Shown piece by piece: positions 60,067 through 64,000 of a DNA stretch of 64,000 bases (the stretch's first letter is position 1; the number at the start of each line of letters is the position of its first letter). The translations under genes and the position numbers were made by a program. The stretch spans positions 91,935,754-91,999,753 of the forward strand of contig NC_090372.1 of NCBI RefSeq assembly GCF_036365525.1, given 5' to 3'. Origin of the DNA: Heterodontus francisci. Lineage: Eukaryota. The notes beneath the pieces were generated by a model, which was not told the DNA's origin, made no database searches, and saw only the letters and a list, made by a program, of their open reading frames with translations.

Positions 60067-61365
60067 CATAAAGATGAAGAGTAGGACCAAAAATTCCAAG
60101 GAACCCTGGATGTCATGGAATATGGAGGATTGGATGAGGGAAAAAAAAGGAGACTTATGGCAGATTCAAAGCACTGAAAACAGCAGAGGCCCTAGAGGAG
60201 TATAGAAACAGTAGGGAGGGTACTTAAAAAAAGTAATTAGGAGAGCGAAGAGGGGACATGAAAAAACACTGGCGGGCAAGATAAAGGAAAATCCCAAGGC
60301 GTTTTATAAGTATATTAAGGGCAAAGGATAAGCAGGGAAAGAGTAGGGCCCATTAGGGACCAAAGTGGCAATCTGTGTGTGGAGCCGGAGGACATAGGTG
60401 AGGTTTTAAATGATTACTTTTCATCTATGTTCACTATGGAGAAAGACGATGTAGGTGTAGAGATCTGGGAGGGGGACTGTGATATACTTGAACAAATTAG
60501 CACTGAAAGTGAGGAAGTATTTGCTGTTTTAGCGGGCTTAAAAGTGGATAAATCCTCAGGCCCAGATGAGATATATCCCAGGCTGTTATGTGAGGCAAGG
60601 GAGGAGATAGCAGGGGCTCGGACACAAATTTTAAAATCCTCTCTGGCCACAGGAGAGGCACCAGAGGACTGGAGGACAGCGAATGTGGTACCATTATTCA
60701 AGAAGGGTAGCAGGGGTAAACCAGGTAGTTACAGGTTAGTGAGTCTACCATCAGTGGTAGGGAAACTATTGGAAAGAATTCTGAGGGGCAGGATTAATCT
60801 CCACTTGGAAAGGCAGGGATTAATCAGGGATAGTCAGCATGGCTTTGTTCTGGTCCCCACACTATAGGAAGGATGTGTTTGCACTGGAGACGGTGCAGAG
60901 GACATTCACCAGGATGTTGCCTGGGTTGGAGCATTTCAGCTATGAAGAGAGACTGGATAGGCTAGGGTTGTTTTCCTTAGAGCAGAGAAGGCTGAGGGGG
61001 GACCTGATTGAGGTATACAAAATTATGAGGGGCATTGATAGGATAGATAGGAAGAAACATTTTTCCTTAGCAATAACCAGGGGCATAGATTTAAGGTAAG
61101 GGGCAGGAGGTTTAGAGGGGATTTGAGGAAAAGTTTTTTCACCCAGAGGGTGGTTGGAATTTGGAATGCACTATCTGAAGGGGTGGTAGAGGCAGGAACC
61201 CTCACAACATTTAAGAAGTATTTAGATGAGCACTTGAAACGCCATAACATACAAGGTTACGGGCCAAGTGCCGGAAAATGGGATTAGAATAAATAGGTGC
61301 TTGATGGCCAGCACAGCCATGATGGGCCGAAGGGCCTGTTTCTGTGCTGTATAACTCTATGACTC
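60067..61365 (+). mobile_element. CR1 with the RT core deleted near 60848
   Basis: Flanked by TATAA (60062-60066 / 61366-61370); DSQHGFV fused directly to FWSPHYRKD. Confidence 0.85.
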
Positions 61366-61818
61366 TATAATGCGGCTACAACAGCAGGTCAGAGGCTGGT
61401 TATTCTGTGACGAGTGACTCACCTCCTGACTCCCCAAATTCTTTCCACCATATAAAAGGCACAAGTCAGGACTGTGATGGAATACTATCCACTTGCCTGG
61501 ATGAGTGCAGCTCCAACATCAGAAGAACAATGCAAAGCAGTCTGCTTAATCGGCACCCCATCTACACTTTAAGCATTCACTCCCTCCAGCACTGGAGCAC
61601 AGTGGCTGCAGGGAATACCATCGATAATACACAATGCAGTAAGCCTTGTCAAGTCTTCAACAGCACCATTCAAGCCCATGGCCTCTATCACCTAGAAGGA
61701 CGAAGGCAACAAGTGCATGGGAACACCACCAACTGCAAGTTTCCCTCTAAGTCATAGATCATCCTGACTTGAAAACACATCGCCGTTCCCCCATCGCTGG
61801 GTCAAAATCCTAGAACTC

Positions 61819-62169
61819 GGGCGGCACAGTGGCGCAGTGGTTAGCACCGCAGCCTCACAGCTCCAGCGACCCGGGTTCAATTCTGGGTACTGCCTGTGCG
61901 GAGTTTGCAAGTTCTCCCTGTGAACCGCTTGGGTTTTCGCCAGGTGCTCCGGTTTCCTCCCACAGCCAAAGACTTGCAGGTTGATAGGTAAATTGGCCAT
62001 TATAAATTGCCCCTAGTATAGGTAGGTGGTAGGGGAATATAGGAAAGGTGGGGATGTGGTAGAAATATGGGATTAGTGTAGGGTTAGTATAAATGGGTGG
62101 TTGATGGTCGGCACAGACTCGGTGGGCTGAAGGGCCTGTTTCAGTGCTGTATCTCGAAATAAATAAATA
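61819..62169 (+). mobile_element. Full-length HE1-like V-SINE
   Basis: 5-bp TSD AACTC (61814-61818 / 62170-62174); A box TGGCGCAGTGG, B box GGTTCAATTC, V-domain, CR1-type 3' end GGGCTGAAGGGCCTGTTTCAGTGCTGTATC, (TAAA)n. Confidence 0.92.
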
Positions 62170-62319
62170 AACTCCTACCTAAGAGCACTGTGAGAATACC
62201 TTCACCACATGGATTGTAGTTGTTCAAGAAGATGGCTCACCATCAATTTCTTAAGGGCAATTAGAGATGGACATTAACCTTGCCAACAGTGCCCATATCC
62301 CATGAACAAATAAAAAAAG

Positions 62320-63470
62320 TGACTAAAGTAGTGTACAGGGGATGCCTATGGATGTTGTTTATTTGGACTTCTCGAAGGCATTTGATAAAGTCCCTGATAA
62401 AACACTGTTGGCTCAAGTTGAAGTTCATGGAATTGAAGGCAAATTATTGACATGGTTAGCAAATTGGCTGAGCACTAGGTGACAGAGATTAGGAATAATG
62501 GGAAGCTAATGGCAGGATGTGACAAGTGGTGGATCTCAGGGATCTGTGTTGGGGCCTCAACTGTTCATTGCATTTATTAATGACTTAGATGGTGGGACAG
62601 AGAGCCACATATTCAGGTTTGCACATGACACAAAGATAGATGGCACTGCAAGCAGTGTAGATGGAAGCATAACATTACAAAGAGATATTAACAGACTAAG
62701 TGAATGGGCAAAACTGTGGCAAATGCATTTCAATATAGGCAATTGTGAGGTCATCCACTTTGGACCTAAAAATGAATACATCAGAGTACGTACTAAATGG
62801 TGAAAAACTAGGAGCAGTGGAGGTCCAAAGAGACTTAAGGGTTCAGGAACATAGATTGTTAAATGTCATGGCCAGATACAGAAAATAACAAAAAAATGCT
62901 AATAGAATGCTGGCCTTTATATCTAGAGCACTAGAACACAAGGGGGTAGAAGTTATATTATAGCTAAACAAAGCTTTGGTTAGACCACACGTGGAGTACT
63001 GTAAGCAGTTCCGGGCATCACAAGTTCAGAAAAATATATTGGCTTTGGAGGATAGCTGGACTCCAAGGAGTAAATTACACAAACTAGGGTTGTATTCCCT
63101 GGAATTTCAAAGGTTAAGGGGCGATCTGATCAAGTGTTCAAGATATTAAGGGAAATTGATAGGGTAGACATGTGAGAAATAGCTTAAAAGTTGGAACCAG
63201 ACCTTTCAGGTATGAAGTTAGGAAACACTTCTACGTGCAAAGGATGGTAGAAGTTTGAAACTCTCTTTTACAAATAGCAATTGATGCTGGGTCAATTGTT
63301 AACTTTAAATCTTAGGTTTATCGATTTCTGTTTAACAAAGGTATTGAGGAATATTGGGTAAAGGTGAGTAGATGGACTGTGTCACAGGTCAGCCATGATC
63401 TAATTGGATGGCAGAACAGGCTTGAGTGGCTAATTGGCCTTCTCCCGTTCCTTTGTTCATGTTTCTATGT
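62320..63470 (+). mobile_element. Degraded CR1 RT and 3' end
   Basis: YLDFSKAFDKVP, QGSVLGPQLF, FAHDTK, RPHVEY, CR1 tail. Confidence 0.82.
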
Positions 63471-64000
63471 TGCTAACTGAGTAGAAACTACTGGAAATTA
63501 CAGAAAAATATTCCATAAGTACAGCTGACTGAGGTTACTAATGTACCCAGGGAAGTTAGGTACTCTGTAGATACTCAGACTGCACCACTTGCATTCACTT
63601 CACAGAAGTACAGCTCTGAGGAAAAGTATTAAGTTCAAGTTCAGGCTTTTGGGTGAGACTGAAGCCTTCAAGCAATAACTTTAATGAAGTCATTAAAAGC
63701 CTCAAAATAGACAATTTAGTGGATTTAACATATTTCTTGATTTACTTTAGGACCTTGTTTTGGACCTTAAAAATTTCAGATTGAGAATAAAATGATAGTG
63801 AAAAACTGAGGAAAAGATGATGCAGTGCAACCAAGTGGCCAAGTTGTACAACTACAGAGTGAAAACTTATCATAAATGTGGACAGGGGAACTTACGATGA
63901 AAAAAGTTGACACCAAAGTATAATGAAGGTTTTATAGACATGAAGTGCATAAAATTTTAACATTTTTCAATAAGATATAGTGTAGACAAAAGAAGTAACT

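Larger units (their letters stand above)
59238..62318 (+). mobile_element. Older 5'-truncated copy of the 2295-5579 LINE family in three pieces (59238-60066, 61366-61818, 62170-62318)
   Basis: LKTCAPKLAVPVANLLKYSYN, ALDIK, AAGGGCAATTAG tail; collinear with 4073-5579. Confidence 0.85.

Noticed and set aside
60840-60860. CR1 RT-core deletion as a splicing event
   Set aside because: The junction shows only GTT microhomology and the removed sequence is not visible; ordinary deletion is simpler.
54359-64000. Next upstream STK31 exon (catalytic loop / DFG-equivalent)
   Set aside because: No matching peptide with splice sites found in the unique segments; probably beyond the window. The GTAAGT near 63891-63896 has no suitable acceptor or frame.
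1-64000. CRISPR arrays, operons or other prokaryotic systems
   Set aside because: The sequence is eukaryotic, with spliceosomal introns and vertebrate TEs; no regularly spaced repeat-spacer structure.

Overview
Vertebrate nuclear DNA, most likely from a shark or other cartilaginous fish (HE1/V-type and Deu-type SINEs, elasmobranch-type CR1 LINEs, Penelope-like elements). Most of the window is nested transposable elements: CR1, L2, Tx1 and Penelope-like retroelements, a Gmr1-like Gypsy element, two solo LTRs, Harbinger and hAT relics and MITEs. The only host gene I can support is the last three coding exons of an STK31 (TDRD8)-like kinase on the minus strand (54233-54358, 52118-52186, 46956-47174). 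The most unusual object is a 3.3-kb APE-RT LINE at 2295-5579. Its 5' end is a tRNA-Thr-like Pol III promoter, it has no ORF1 and no in-frame AUG, and it is almost free of TTTT Pol III terminators, which suggests a Pol III-transcribed, protein-coding retrotransposon. Also notable are a TSD-flanked Penelope element with inverted pseudo-LTRs carrying hammerhead ribozyme motifs, and a solo LTR inserted at the branch-point region of an STK31 exon. Family assignments come from motif recognition by eye; no database searches were run, and boundaries of old repeats are approximate.
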